From the NCBI GenBank assembly GCA_934098665.1, contig CAKOOO010000002.1, positions 20,374-84,373 of the forward strand: a DNA stretch of 64,000 nt, given 5' to 3'. This DNA is from an uncultured Bacilli bacterium (GTDB taxonomy: Bacteria > Bacillota_I > Bacilli_A > RF39 > UBA660). Position numbers and translations under genes: made by a program. The notes beneath the pieces are model-generated. The model was not told the origin of the DNA, did not search any database, and saw nothing but the letters and a program-made list of their open reading frames with translations. This document shows positions 20,330 to 29,629 of this stretch, piece after piece; the stretch's first letter is position 1, and the number at the start of each line of letters is the position of its first letter.

Positions 20330-22739
20330 ATTCTACCACAAAAGGATTAGTATATGAGCCATCACCTGAAGATATTGTGGTGCCAGGTTTTAAAGATATC
20401 GATGGTCGCACACCCCGCACGTTGACCACGAGGTTGTTGTTCCACCCACCGGAGTCCACCGCCCCGACGGCGGCGTAGCCGTTACCGTTGAGGAAGCTGT
20501 TGGGAGAACCTAACAAAACATATTGTCCACTGTTAAAGTAATGACTACTTCCATAACCAGCTAAACTTAATTCTGGTACTGTTAATAATCCTATTGGATA
20601 TTTTAACCTTGCTTTTGCATTATTTACACTAAATCTATCTGTTTCATTTGCACATAATAAACTTTTATTACTTGTACTATTATTTTTAAAATATAAAACT
20701 TGACTACTTGTACTTCCGTTTGGATTCCAACCAGTTGAAGATAAATTAGTTATGGTTCTATCATTACAGAATACTGTATCTTCTAGTTTATTTGTATAAC
20801 TTGTCATATTGTTTTTATACCAATTATCTATATATGCTTTTATTGTACTATCATCAGTATTTACATCATCTGCATATAACATTTCATTTAAAGCGTCTTC
20901 TACTGATTTTCCTCCAGTTAAGGTTATGTAATATGAAGCACCATTACTAATATAATATACATAATAAATTGATGTACAACTATTACCATTTGTTAAGCAT
21001 GTATAATGATGGGTATTTACATTACTACTATTAGCAATAAATGTATCTGAATTTATTGTTACTGTATCGCTTAATGTATATGTCCCATTTGTATATGTAA
21101 ATGATGAGCCAAATACATAATCTTGATTTGCTAATGTTGTTCCATCTGTTACTCCTCCAGATAGCGAGTAATAATATATTATTGTTCCACTATTTGAAAC
21201 TATATAATAGGGATTAGAACAAGATGTTGATGTGCTATTACATGTATATCTTCCAGATAATGTACTTGATGAAGACACTGTTATATTACTAGGGTTTACT
21301 AAATTGTAAGTACCATTATCATATGTTACACCAGTGCCAATTACTTTTGTACCAACTAAATTTACACGATTAATTATTTTCTTAGATGAATATGCATATA
21401 CTTTATTTTCATTATACATATATCCTACATATGCTGGTGAATTATATTTACTATTAAATGCACTTGTTCCTATTATTGTATCTGTTCCTGTATTATTACA
21501 TGATTTTATTACATCTCCTACTGCTTTGCCAATACTAAATACTACATTATCATTATTTTTTGATACACTACTATCTTTAGAATATTTTACGGTAATAACA
21601 TCTGAAGTTGTAAGACCTTTAAGAGCAATTGTTCCTGAATCTGTAAACTTACCAAGTGATGTGGTACCATTTATAAATTCAGCTTTATCACAGCATGTTT
21701 CTGATGATACAGAGTAATTTAAATAATAATCTCCAGCTTCTTTTACACTAAATGTTATTGTTCCCGTTTTACCATGGTCATGATTTGTACTTGTCCATGT
21801 TTTAATTGTTTCATCAAATGTATATGGATATGTAGCATCATTTGTTACATTTATATATTCATCTTGATTAATAGGTTCTGTATTGACTATATCTTTTACA
21901 GCACCATTATAAACAATTTTTACTCCACCTGTATCTGTGGTTCTTACTATTTTCCAGCATTTATCTGCAAATAGTACATTATTATTTTCTACATTGCCAG
22001 TATAGTAATATACTTTATTTGCATATTTTGTTGTATCTTCATAATCACTTCCATTATATAGTTTTACATACTCATCACCATTTAAATATTTTCTTGCAAT
22101 TATAGAGTATAAATTCTTTGCATATTCCTTAAAATCACAATCTATATTTTCTACTTTAATATTACCACCAAAGGTTTTACCTATTATAGAGTTATCTTGA
22201 GCTATATTTAGATTATAGTATCTTAAATTAAAGTTCCATGTTTCACTTATACTTGTTTGTGATGTTGTTGTTTCTATTGAACCAGAATAAATTTTTATTT
22301 TACTGCTTCCTGCTAAAGAAACATCGTTAAAACTATTACCTTGATTAGAGATTCCTCTTACAGCATATTCTTTTAAAGTGCTTTGTGATGGTGTATAAGA
22401 AGTGCTTGGAACGTATACTATATCATAAGAACAATATACTGGGGCATCACCTTTTGCATCAAGTGTTAAAGTTAAATTTGAATTACTTTCTACATATGAA
22501 GTATAATCATTTGACGCACTCCCCACATCTAAATCACTTTCATTTATTGCTAATGCTACATTTTGATTTCCACTTGTATTAAATGTATAAAACTTTGTAT
22601 CTATCCTTGAGGTTGCATTATTATTTGTATTTATTTTCATGCTACCAAAAAATGCATAAGATGCACTTACTAATATAATAAGAGCTATTACTGATGCTAT
22701 TATAGTTAATATTTTCTTCTTATTATCACTTTTTTCCAT
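20328..22739 (-). CDS. large surface protein A of the lectin-like paralog family (carries GC-rich variable island)
   Basis: N-terminal signal-anchor KKKILTIIASVIALIILVSASYAFFG. Family motifs CWKIVRTTDTGGVKIVYNG, PAYVGYMYNE, IDNWY, FCNDR, YPIGLLTVPE and GVRPSISLKPG...GDGSYTNPFVVE. Start set at the ATG at 22739, after GAAAGG. Confidence 0.8.
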   Translation of the reverse strand: MEKSDNKKKILTIIASVIALIILVSASYAFFGSMKINTNNNATSRIDTKFYTFNTSGNQNVALAINESDLDVGSASNDYTSYVESNSNLTLTLDAKGDAPVYCSYDIVYVPSTSYTPSQSTLKEYAVRGISNQGNSFNDVSLAGSSKIKIYSGSIETTTSQTSISETWNFNLRYYNLNIAQDNSIIGKTFGGNIKVENIDCDFKEYAKNLYSIIARKYLNGDEYVKLYNGSDYEDTTKYANKVYYYTGNVENNNVLFADKCWKIVRTTDTGGVKIVYNGAVKDIVNTEPINQDEYINVTNDATYPYTFDETIKTWTSTNHDHGKTGTITFSVKEAGDYYLNYSVSSETCCDKAEFINGTTSLGKFTDSGTIALKGLTTSDVITVKYSKDSSVSKNNDNVVFSIGKAVGDVIKSCNNTGTDTIIGTSAFNSKYNSPAYVGYMYNENKVYAYSSKKIINRVNLVGTKVIGTGVTYDNGTYNLVNPSNITVSSSSTLSGRYTCNSTSTSCSNPYYIVSNSGTIIYYYSLSGGVTDGTTLANQDYVFGSSFTYTNGTYTLSDTVTINSDTFIANSSNVNTHHYTCLTNGNSCTSIYYVYYISNGASYYITLTGGKSVEDALNEMLYADDVNTDDSTIKAYIDNWYKNNMTSYTNKLEDTVFCNDRTITNLSSTGWNPNGSTSSQVLYFKNNSTSNKSLLCANETDRFSVNNAKARLKYPIGLLTVPELSLAGYGSSHYFNSGQYVLLGSPNSFLNGNGYAAVGAVDSGGWNNNLVVNVRGVRPSISLKPGTTISSGDGSYTNPFVVE
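20404..20510 (-). other. candidate DGR variable region (VR-A)
   Basis: 107 nt at about 65% G+C (hand count) inside a ~25% G+C gene. It encodes GSP-NSFLNGNGYAAVGAVDSGGWNNNLVVNVRG-VRP. Confidence 0.5.
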
Positions 22740-22764
22740 AACAAACCTTTCTATTATCAATTAA

Positions 22765-22793
22765 ATTATATCATTTTTTTATTAAATTATAAA
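22765..22793 (-). promoter_or_regulatory. candidate extended -10 promoter of gene A
   Basis: On the minus strand, TGATATAAT (22765-22773) with TTTATA 17 nt upstream. It overlaps the 3' end of the ftsW-like gene. Confidence 0.45.
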
Positions 22794-23941
22794 GACATAA
22801 TTTCTCTATTTAATTTATTTTTTGCATTTTCTATTGCTACTCTTTCTGTAACAAAAATCATTAAAACAGCATTAATTGTATAACTTCCTCCATAAGATAA
22901 AAATGGAAGTGGTACACCTGTAAGAGGAATAAGCGCCAAAAGGCCAAATAAATTTATAAATATATGAAGTGCAAAATACCAAAATGTACCATAAGCTAAA
23001 ATACTTGTTCTTAGATTATCACTTCTTTTAGCAATTTTATATATTTTATATAAAATAACTCCATAAATAATAATAACAATAGTTCCTACAATAGAGCCAA
23101 GCTCTTCACAAATAATTGGAAATATCATATCTGTATGACTTTCCGGAAGATATAAATATTTTTGAGTACTTTTTCCAAGGCCTACTCCAAAAAGGCCTCC
23201 GTTTGAAATCGCAATAAGTGCATTACAAACTTGATAACCGCTTTCCTCTTGATAACGACTACATGGATTTCTAAAATTAAGTCTTGATAGTTTATTACTT
23301 GATAAAATATTTCCACCTTTATAAAGAAGTGCAAGTGCTATAATTAATACTCCAACAGTTAATATTTGAACAATTTTTAAAATATTTTTCTTAATCATTG
23401 GTACTGATAAAAATGTTAAAAAGGAAATAGCCATAATGATAGCTCCACTACCCCAGTCTGGTTGAAGTAAAGTAAGTATTGTATAAATACCCGCTAAAAA
23501 AAGTGGTATAAAATATAAAGATAAATTTTTAGTATTTCTTTTAGATAAATTATTATAAAAAACAGACATAAATATAATTAAAGCACTTTTAGCAAACTCT
23601 GATGGTTGAATACTAAATGGTCCTATTTTAAACCAGCTTTGAGCATTACCGGCAATTTTACCTTTAACAAGAACAAATAAAAGTAGCCCTATACATAACG
23701 CAGCATATAAATACGCTAAAAGTTTATATTTTCTTGTGGGAAAAATCAAAATAAAAAAACCTACGAAATAAGAAATAACTAAAAATATTAACTGATGCAT
23801 AAAAAAGTGATTTGAGGCAACATGATATCTTAATAAAGTAGATGCACTCGAAGAAGACCAAATCATAAAAAGGCCTAAAATACACATAAGAGTAACTAAA
23901 AGCAAAAGTAATTTATCTATTTTTCTTATATCCTTATTCAT
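22787..23941 (-). CDS. FtsW/RodA/SpoVE (SEDS) family peptidoglycan polymerase
   Basis: 384 aa, about 10 TM segments. FSIQPSEFAK and PLPFLSYGGS motifs. Confidence 0.85.
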   Translation of the reverse strand: MNKDIRKIDKLLLLLVTLMCILGLFMIWSSSSASTLLRYHVASNHFFMHQLIFLVISYFVGFFILIFPTRKYKLLAYLYAALCIGLLLFVLVKGKIAGNAQSWFKIGPFSIQPSEFAKSALIIFMSVFYNNLSKRNTKNLSLYFIPLFLAGIYTILTLLQPDWGSGAIIMAISFLTFLSVPMIKKNILKIVQILTVGVLIIALALLYKGGNILSSNKLSRLNFRNPCSRYQEESGYQVCNALIAISNGGLFGVGLGKSTQKYLYLPESHTDMIFPIICEELGSIVGTIVIIIYGVILYKIYKIAKRSDNLRTSILAYGTFWYFALHIFINLFGLLALIPLTGVPLPFLSYGGSYTINAVLMIFVTERVAIENAKNKLNREIMSL

Positions 23942-24060
23942 ATAAATATATTACCATTTTTTTTTAAATAAGTAAAATAAATATCAAAATATTTTACAAA
24001 CTATTCACAATTTATTTTTTTTAGTATATCTTATAATAGATACATAAAGGAGGTTTAAAA

Positions 24061-24249
24061 ATGTATTACTACGGAAATAATGGCTATTACCCAACTTCTT
24101 CATATAATCAAACTCCTTACTGTGGTGGCACTTATGCTGGATACTCAAATGGATATGGAATAGGTGCTGCAATATGGATAGTACTTTTCATACTACTAGT
24201 AATAATCATAGGAGCTTGGGGTTTCGGTAACCAAAATATTAATAATTAG
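24061..24249 (+). CDS. YjcZ-like tiny Tyr/Gly-rich sporulation membrane protein
   Basis: 62 aa. Y/G/N-rich N-terminus followed by AAIWIVLFILLVIIIGAW. Strong RBS AAAGGAGG upstream. Confidence 0.5.
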   Translation: MYYYGNNGYYPTSSYNQTPYCGGTYAGYSNGYGIGAAIWIVLFILLVIIIGAWGFGNQNINN

Positions 24250-24269
24250 GAAGGAAACTTCCTTTTTTA
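24248..24269 (+). terminator. rho-independent terminator
   Basis: ggaag-gaaa-cttcc hairpin followed by TTTTTT. Confidence 0.55.
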
Positions 24270-24270
24270 T

Positions 24271-24299
24271 TTGCTAAAATAAACATTTTTTGATAAAAT
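24271..24299 (+). promoter_or_regulatory. candidate promoter of def
   Basis: TTGCTA, a 17-nt spacer, then TGaTAAAAT (extended -10). Confidence 0.5.
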
Positions 24300-24323
24300 A
24301 ACTTTGTCAAAGGGGATGAAGTA

Positions 24324-24875
24324 ATGAGGTTACCAAATATAACTATTCTAGATGAAAAAAATAAAATATTACATGAAATGTCTAAAGAAGTAAAATTTCC
24401 ACTTTCTAAACAAGATGAAAAACTAATCTATGATGCAATAAAATATTTAAAAATGTCTCAAGATGATGATACTGCCGAAAAATATAATTTAAGAGCTGGT
24501 ATGGGACTTGCATTTGTTCAACTTGGAGTTTTAAAAAGAATATTTGTTATAGCAAATAAAAATGAAGATGACTCTTTCGAAGAACATATTATAATTAATC
24601 CTCATATAATATCTTCATCTGAAGAAATGATATATGTTGGTGAAGGTGAAGGATGTTTATCAATAAATAGACCCACTACCGGAATAGTTCCAAGGCATGC
24701 AAGAGTAAATGTTGAATATCAAGATATAAATGGTAATAAACAAACTATCAGAGTTCGTGAGGATATTTCTGTAGCCTTTCAACATGAAATAGACCATTTA
24801 AACGGTATTTTATTTACAGATAAAATAGATAAAAAAGATCCATACAAAGGAAAAGACCAAATGCGTGAAATTTGA
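24324..24875 (+). CDS. def: peptide deformylase
   Basis: Motifs GMGLAFVQ, GEGCLS and HEIDHLNG. Confidence 0.9.
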   Translation: MRLPNITILDEKNKILHEMSKEVKFPLSKQDEKLIYDAIKYLKMSQDDDTAEKYNLRAGMGLAFVQLGVLKRIFVIANKNEDDSFEEHIIINPHIISSSEEMIYVGEGEGCLSINRPTTGIVPRHARVNVEYQDINGNKQTIRVREDISVAFQHEIDHLNGILFTDKIDKKDPYKGKDQMREI

Positions 24876-24882
24876 TCTTTTT

Positions 24883-25920
24883 TTAATTTTGAATACTTTT
24901 AAAATCTCTTTTTGCTTTTTCTAGGTTAAAAAATATTCCTCCGAAAATCATTGGAAAATAATAATCAATAACTCTCCATAAAATAAGTGATACAGAAAGA
25001 TAGGTACTTGGTACAATAAACTCATTTAAATTAATAAATGCATATTCCATACCTCCTGTTCCTCCAGGTATTGGTACAAATGAACCCACTAAATATACAA
25101 GAGTCCCAATTGCTAGCATGGCAATATAATTATTATATGGACTACCAAGTGATTTAAATACAAAAAATGGAAGTGAAAAACTACATACTAAGGCTATACT
25201 TTCAATAAGTACTAAAGAAAAGAAATATTTTTTATTTTGCATTAGTTCTTTATAATTTTTTTGATACTGTTCACAAGATTTTTTTACACTTTGAGTTTTT
25301 TCTTCTTTATTTTTAATTATTTTTAATTTACTTAATAAATTTATAAAAAATTCACATACTTTTTCACATACCCTAATTTTATAAGATAATATAACTACTA
25401 TCGCAAGAAGTAAAAAGTTAATTACAAAACCAAATATTAAAACAATAAGTAAAAATCCTGTAGGTTTTATAAAATGAAATAATAAAGTAATAATTAAACT
25501 TATAATAGATAAAAATACTACAGATGTTTGCAAAATAATAAAATGTTTAATTAAAACAGTTGTACCATCAAGATAAGAAACACCCTCTTTTTTCATTTCA
25601 TATAACTGAAGTGGTTGCCCTCCCGAAGAAAATGGTGTAATTCCATTAAAAAATTTAGTCATTAAATAAAGTTTTAAAGCACTTTTAAATGAATAATCAG
25701 GTTTATGGGCATTGACTAGTTTTTTTATTAATAAGGTTTCAAAACAAAAATATCCAAAATAAATAAATACTCCTAGTATTAAAAAAGAAAAATTTGCTTT
25801 TGATAAAACCTCTAAAGAAACTTTATAATTATCTTTTAAAAAGTACCATACTAGTCCTATAGATAAAAAAAGAATAATTAAACTATTTAACATTACTTTA
25901 CTTTTTTTCATATCACTCAC
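24883..25920 (-). CDS. flippase-like membrane protein (lysyl-PG synthase TM-region family, UPF0104)
   Basis: 345 aa, polytopic, with the characteristic PIPGGTGGMEYAF. Confidence 0.65.
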   Translation of the reverse strand: MSDMKKSKVMLNSLIILFLSIGLVWYFLKDNYKVSLEVLSKANFSFLILGVFIYFGYFCFETLLIKKLVNAHKPDYSFKSALKLYLMTKFFNGITPFSSGGQPLQLYEMKKEGVSYLDGTTVLIKHFIILQTSVVFLSIISLIITLLFHFIKPTGFLLIVLIFGFVINFLLLAIVVILSYKIRVCEKVCEFFINLLSKLKIIKNKEEKTQSVKKSCEQYQKNYKELMQNKKYFFSLVLIESIALVCSFSLPFFVFKSLGSPYNNYIAMLAIGTLVYLVGSFVPIPGGTGGMEYAFINLNEFIVPSTYLSVSLILWRVIDYYFPMIFGGIFFNLEKAKRDFKSIQN

Positions 25921-25992
25921 TTTTTAATTATACAACATATTATAATATTTATCTATATAATTAGATTAAAAAAAGTTAGGAATAATTCCTAA

Positions 25993-27249
25993 CTATTTAA
26001 TTTTTCTTGCTTCAAGATAAAATCTTTTGTCATAGCTATGACCCATACTAAATGTTTTTCTAGGTAATGCTCCATCTAAAATAACAGTTTTAAATAAATC
26101 TTCTTTAGCCATTGCATCAAAGATAATACCTACATTTTTATCTTTAGATCCAAGTGATTTAGTAACATCTTCACCATGAATATAATCAATGCTTCCTTGG
26201 TTTTCTTTTAGATAATCATCTAAAAACATTTGAATAGAACCTACAGCAATATTAGATTTTGGATTTTCAATATATAATACTTTATCCATATCTTTAGTAA
26301 TAAGTTCAAATTTTTGACCATTACCTTTTTCATTAATATTATAATATTTATATAAACTATCAATTAATTTATTAACATCAGTATCAAATACTACTCTATG
26401 TATTGCCTCAAATTCTAAAGCTGGACTATGTAAATTAACAAGTTCCACTAAAGCATATCTTGCGGGACTTGCAAGTGCCTTATCACCTATTTTTTCTTTT
26501 AGACTTTCATAACATGCTTTTGCAGTAGCAAGTGAGTGGTTACCATCACCCATGGCAAATAGTAAAACACCTTTACCAGTAACATTATATTTATTTTCAA
26601 AATAAGTTTTATCCGCTAAAGAAGTTAAACCATCAATAACATCATTAATGACGTTATCAGAAAGTTTATATCCTTTAATATGTCCACCATTTTGCATTAA
26701 ATCAAAATCATATATAACATCTTTACTAGTAACTTTATTTTTTAAACTTTCAATAATATTTTTCTTTTCATCATCAATTAAGATCATTATATGTGGTAGC
26801 TCTAAACTAGCATTTTCTCTAACTTTTTTTCTTGGTGGTATTCTTTCAATAACTGTTTTTTCAGTGGCTCTAATAAGAGTTTGTGAACCTTTTTCATAAG
26901 AATAATCCTCAAGGTCTACAATACCCATTACACCTTCTCTTATCTTTCCATCACTTTGAGTTCTTTCTAAATAAACCATAGAATTATCAAGCTGTGTAAA
27001 AATATCTTCATTTAAATACTCTTCCATAGTTTCATTTATTTTTGTAATTCTTTCTTCAACATTTTCATCATTTAAAAATATTTCTGGTAAAGTAAGTCTT
27101 AAAGTCGAAGGTGATGATCCTACGATATTTTCAACTTCTTCCCAATATTTTGGTTCTGATGTATATTGATCACATGCAACAACACTCCATTTATGCATAT
27201 CAACATTTTTTGGTACTAAAATATTTCCTGCCTTAAAAGGTATTTTCAT
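25993..27249 (-). CDS. DUF1015 family protein
   Basis: MKIPFKAGNILVP start typical of the family. Start moved to M18 of the track ORF, 12 nt after AAGGAG. Confidence 0.65.
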   Translation of the reverse strand: MKIPFKAGNILVPKNVDMHKWSVVACDQYTSEPKYWEEVENIVGSSPSTLRLTLPEIFLNDENVEERITKINETMEEYLNEDIFTQLDNSMVYLERTQSDGKIREGVMGIVDLEDYSYEKGSQTLIRATEKTVIERIPPRKKVRENASLELPHIMILIDDEKKNIIESLKNKVTSKDVIYDFDLMQNGGHIKGYKLSDNVINDVIDGLTSLADKTYFENKYNVTGKGVLLFAMGDGNHSLATAKACYESLKEKIGDKALASPARYALVELVNLHSPALEFEAIHRVVFDTDVNKLIDSLYKYYNINEKGNGQKFELITKDMDKVLYIENPKSNIAVGSIQMFLDDYLKENQGSIDYIHGEDVTKSLGSKDKNVGIIFDAMAKEDLFKTVILDGALPRKTFSMGHSYDKRFYLEARKIK

Positions 27250-27413
27250 TTTTTCTTTCATCTCCTTATAGTTAGTATAACACACCAAAATAAAAAACAA
27301 AAGTTATTTTACTACAAAAATTTTTATATAAATATTTTATTTTTTGTAACATTTTGACATCTTCTGTCGAAACTATTGATTAATAATTTTTTTTATATAT
27401 AATAACTTTTGAG

Positions 27414-27647
27414 CGTGCAAATATGACGTTACCTTCTTTATTTTCTGGGGTTTTGGTACAACCAAGATTTTACAGGAAAGGAGGAAATGGTTTATGAACA
27501 GTGAAAAGCTTAACAAAGTTTTAAACTTATTAATACAATTATATGGGATTCTTGTAGTACTCAAAAAAATTGAAAACGTCATCCGCAGTTTATTTGGATA
27601 ACGTTTTCTGAAAACTCAAATTTTTAGGTAACGTGAAAGTTTGCACG
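27414..27647. repeat. interrupted long-range inverted repeat enclosing a small ORF
   Basis: cgtgcaaa-tatg-acgttacc (27414-27433) against ggtaacgt-gaaag-tttgcacg (27627-27647). This gives two 8-bp perfect arms separated by a 4/5-nt mismatch. Confidence 0.6.
27494..27601 (+). CDS. candidate 35-aa small protein (MNSEKLNKVLNLLIQLYGILVVLKKIENVIRSLFG)
   Basis: AGGAGG lies 8 nt upstream of the ATG. A TTGATT-16-TATAAT promoter sits at 27376-27403. The ORF is too short for the ORF track. Confidence 0.35.
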   Translation: MNSEKLNKVLNLLIQLYGILVVLKKIENVIRSLFG

Positions 27648-27695
27648 TTCCTTAATAATAATATATCACTTTTATATAAATTTATGCAAGTATTT

Positions 27696-29486
27696 TTAGC
27701 TCTCTACTACATATGGATTATTATAAGTTCCATCACCGGAAAGTTTAACATCTTTTGAAAGTGAAATAACTGGTCTAACACCTAATATCATACTATCCTC
27801 GTTATTTACCGTTTTTTCATAAAAGGAAAAACTTAAGCCAAAAACCATAGCGGCTCCTTCATCGTTAGCAACATCTGGTGATCCAATTAAAATGCCATCT
27901 GTATCTTCAACTGTATAATAAAATAAATAAAATGCTCGATTTTCTTTTCCAGATCCAGATACTGCACCAGCCATTGCTACTTCGTCTGCGGTTATTAAGC
28001 CTACTGGATAAGTTAATGCACCATTTCCACTACTTGAACCTACTGTAAATTTATCACTTGCATTAGGACATGTTAGAACTGGCTTTTTATTTGCGACTAG
28101 TCTTCCATATGCTCCATAATAAATAAACTCATTATTTGATGTAAATGGGTTTATCTCACCATAATCACCATTTTCACTTCGTGAAGCACTTCTATCATAG
28201 CAAAATGGACTATCAGCTATTAATTTTGACGTGCTCTCATCAGTATAAAGCGAAGTTGTTGTATACCAATTATCAATATAAGTTTTTATTGCACTATCAT
28301 TTGTAAGACCATGTTGCTTACCTATTTCATATTTATATCCTACATATTCTGGTTTGTATACATTAGTGTTAAAATCACTTTTTCCAATATATATATTATC
28401 ATTTAGCATTACTACCTTTTGATCTTCGGTTGGAGCTGTTGTACCAGAATAAATCATTCGTACACTGCCATCACCATTTATTCTTATTATTCGCCAGTAT
28501 ATATCGTCACCTATATTCCACAAATATGAACAGTTATAGTTATAGGAACTAGAAGAATTACATTCTTCTAGAGAAGTATATTTTTTATATGATGAAGAAC
28601 TGGCTGAATAATATCCACGTACTGGACCATTAGATGAATATTTTCCAAACTTTATCCAGTTATTATCTACCGCACCTCTAAAATAGTAAGATGTTCCTTG
28701 GTCGTCTTTAGCTGCATACATGCCATCATTTGTTGTTGCCACTGCTGTAAAATCAGGACTTTCTTTTGTTTCAATTGCATTAGCACCACCATTTTTTGCA
28801 AGTATAATATCTTTGGCTTTTGGCACTTCTCCAACATTGCAATTATTATTTTCTACATATATTTTACCTGTAAATGATTTATTACCTAGTTGTGCTTGGT
28901 CTACATTCAAATTATAATATCTACCTGTTATATTTATATTTTGCACTACACTTGTACCTTCACTTGTTATTGTAGCATTTTTTACAAGGGTTTTCTTTGC
29001 TCCAACAGTTGTTGTCTTCGGTGTCCAAGTGCTATCATAAGCAAAATTTGTTTCACTTGCAAAGCTATTTGTTCCACTTGGACTAGAAACCTCTAAAGTA
29101 ATTTCTTTAGTTGCTCCATTTGTTACTGCAACAGTGCTTCCATATATTTCACTAGAAAGATCATATTCATACACTACATCATATGTACATGTTGTTATTA
29201 CATCTGGTACTCCAGTAAGATTTACTGTAAGTGTAGCGGTATTTTCGGCAGCTAGTCCAGTATTACCCTTAAACATTCCACTTGTAGGTACTATTACATT
29301 TAAATTTGCACTTGTTGCTATAAATGAAGTATCTCCTATTGTACTTGCATGAATATTTACTGCTACCTTATTTTCAAGATTTACTGTAAACATACCAAAA
29401 TATGCAAACGATGCACTAATTAAAAGCACTAAAAGAAACATTCCAGATATTATCCAACCTATATTTACTTTCTTTTTATTTTTCAT
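27696..29486 (-). CDS. surface protein D of the lectin-like paralog family
   Basis: N-terminal anchor GWIISGMFLLVLLISASFAYFG. YWRIIRINGDGSVRMIYSG, PEYVGYKYE, IDNWY, FCYDR, YPVGLITADE and GVRPVISLS...GDGTYNNPYVVE. Confidence 0.8.
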   Translation of the reverse strand: MKNKKKVNIGWIISGMFLLVLLISASFAYFGMFTVNLENKVAVNIHASTIGDTSFIATSANLNVIVPTSGMFKGNTGLAAENTATLTVNLTGVPDVITTCTYDVVYEYDLSSEIYGSTVAVTNGATKEITLEVSSPSGTNSFASETNFAYDSTWTPKTTTVGAKKTLVKNATITSEGTSVVQNINITGRYYNLNVDQAQLGNKSFTGKIYVENNNCNVGEVPKAKDIILAKNGGANAIETKESPDFTAVATTNDGMYAAKDDQGTSYYFRGAVDNNWIKFGKYSSNGPVRGYYSASSSSYKKYTSLEECNSSSSYNYNCSYLWNIGDDIYWRIIRINGDGSVRMIYSGTTAPTEDQKVVMLNDNIYIGKSDFNTNVYKPEYVGYKYEIGKQHGLTNDSAIKTYIDNWYTTTSLYTDESTSKLIADSPFCYDRSASRSENGDYGEINPFTSNNEFIYYGAYGRLVANKKPVLTCPNASDKFTVGSSSGNGALTYPVGLITADEVAMAGAVSGSGKENRAFYLFYYTVEDTDGILIGSPDVANDEGAAMVFGLSFSFYEKTVNNEDSMILGVRPVISLSKDVKLSGDGTYNNPYVVES

Positions 29487-29543
29487 TTTTTCCGCCTTTC
29501 AAAAAAACAATTAAGTAAGTACATTTATGTACCCTACTATTAA

Positions 29544-29572
29544 ATAATACACTATTTTTTATAGTTTTTAAA
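29544..29572 (-). promoter_or_regulatory. fixed copy of the family promoter segment (no flanking inverted repeats)
   Basis: 29529-29582 is homologous to the interior of the switches at 44798 and 52554. On the minus strand it reads TTTAAA-17-TATTAT, facing gene D. Confidence 0.4.
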
Positions 29573-29603
29573 GTCCAAATAATATTATTATATTTAATAA
29601 TTT

Positions 29604-29629
29604 TTAAAAAAAGCCACTTAATGTGACTT
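29604..29629 (-). terminator. rho-independent terminator of the PAP2 gene
   Basis: aagucac-auuaa-guggcuu hairpin plus a U-run on the minus strand. Confidence 0.5.

Noticed and set aside
20287-20478. 63-aa plus-strand ORF across the GC-rich island of gene A. The analogous 67-aa ORF at 50426-50629 runs across the island of gene B.
   Set aside because: Both are antisense to long, well-supported genes. They exist only because GC-rich sequence lacks stop codons. Neither has an RBS, and their products are Pro/Arg/Thr-rich, as expected for such an artefact.
27373-27582. 69-aa minus-strand ORF in the gap between gene D and the DUF1015 gene.
   Set aside because: It has no RBS and an implausible composition. 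It is antisense to a better-supported small ORF that has a promoter and a strong RBS.
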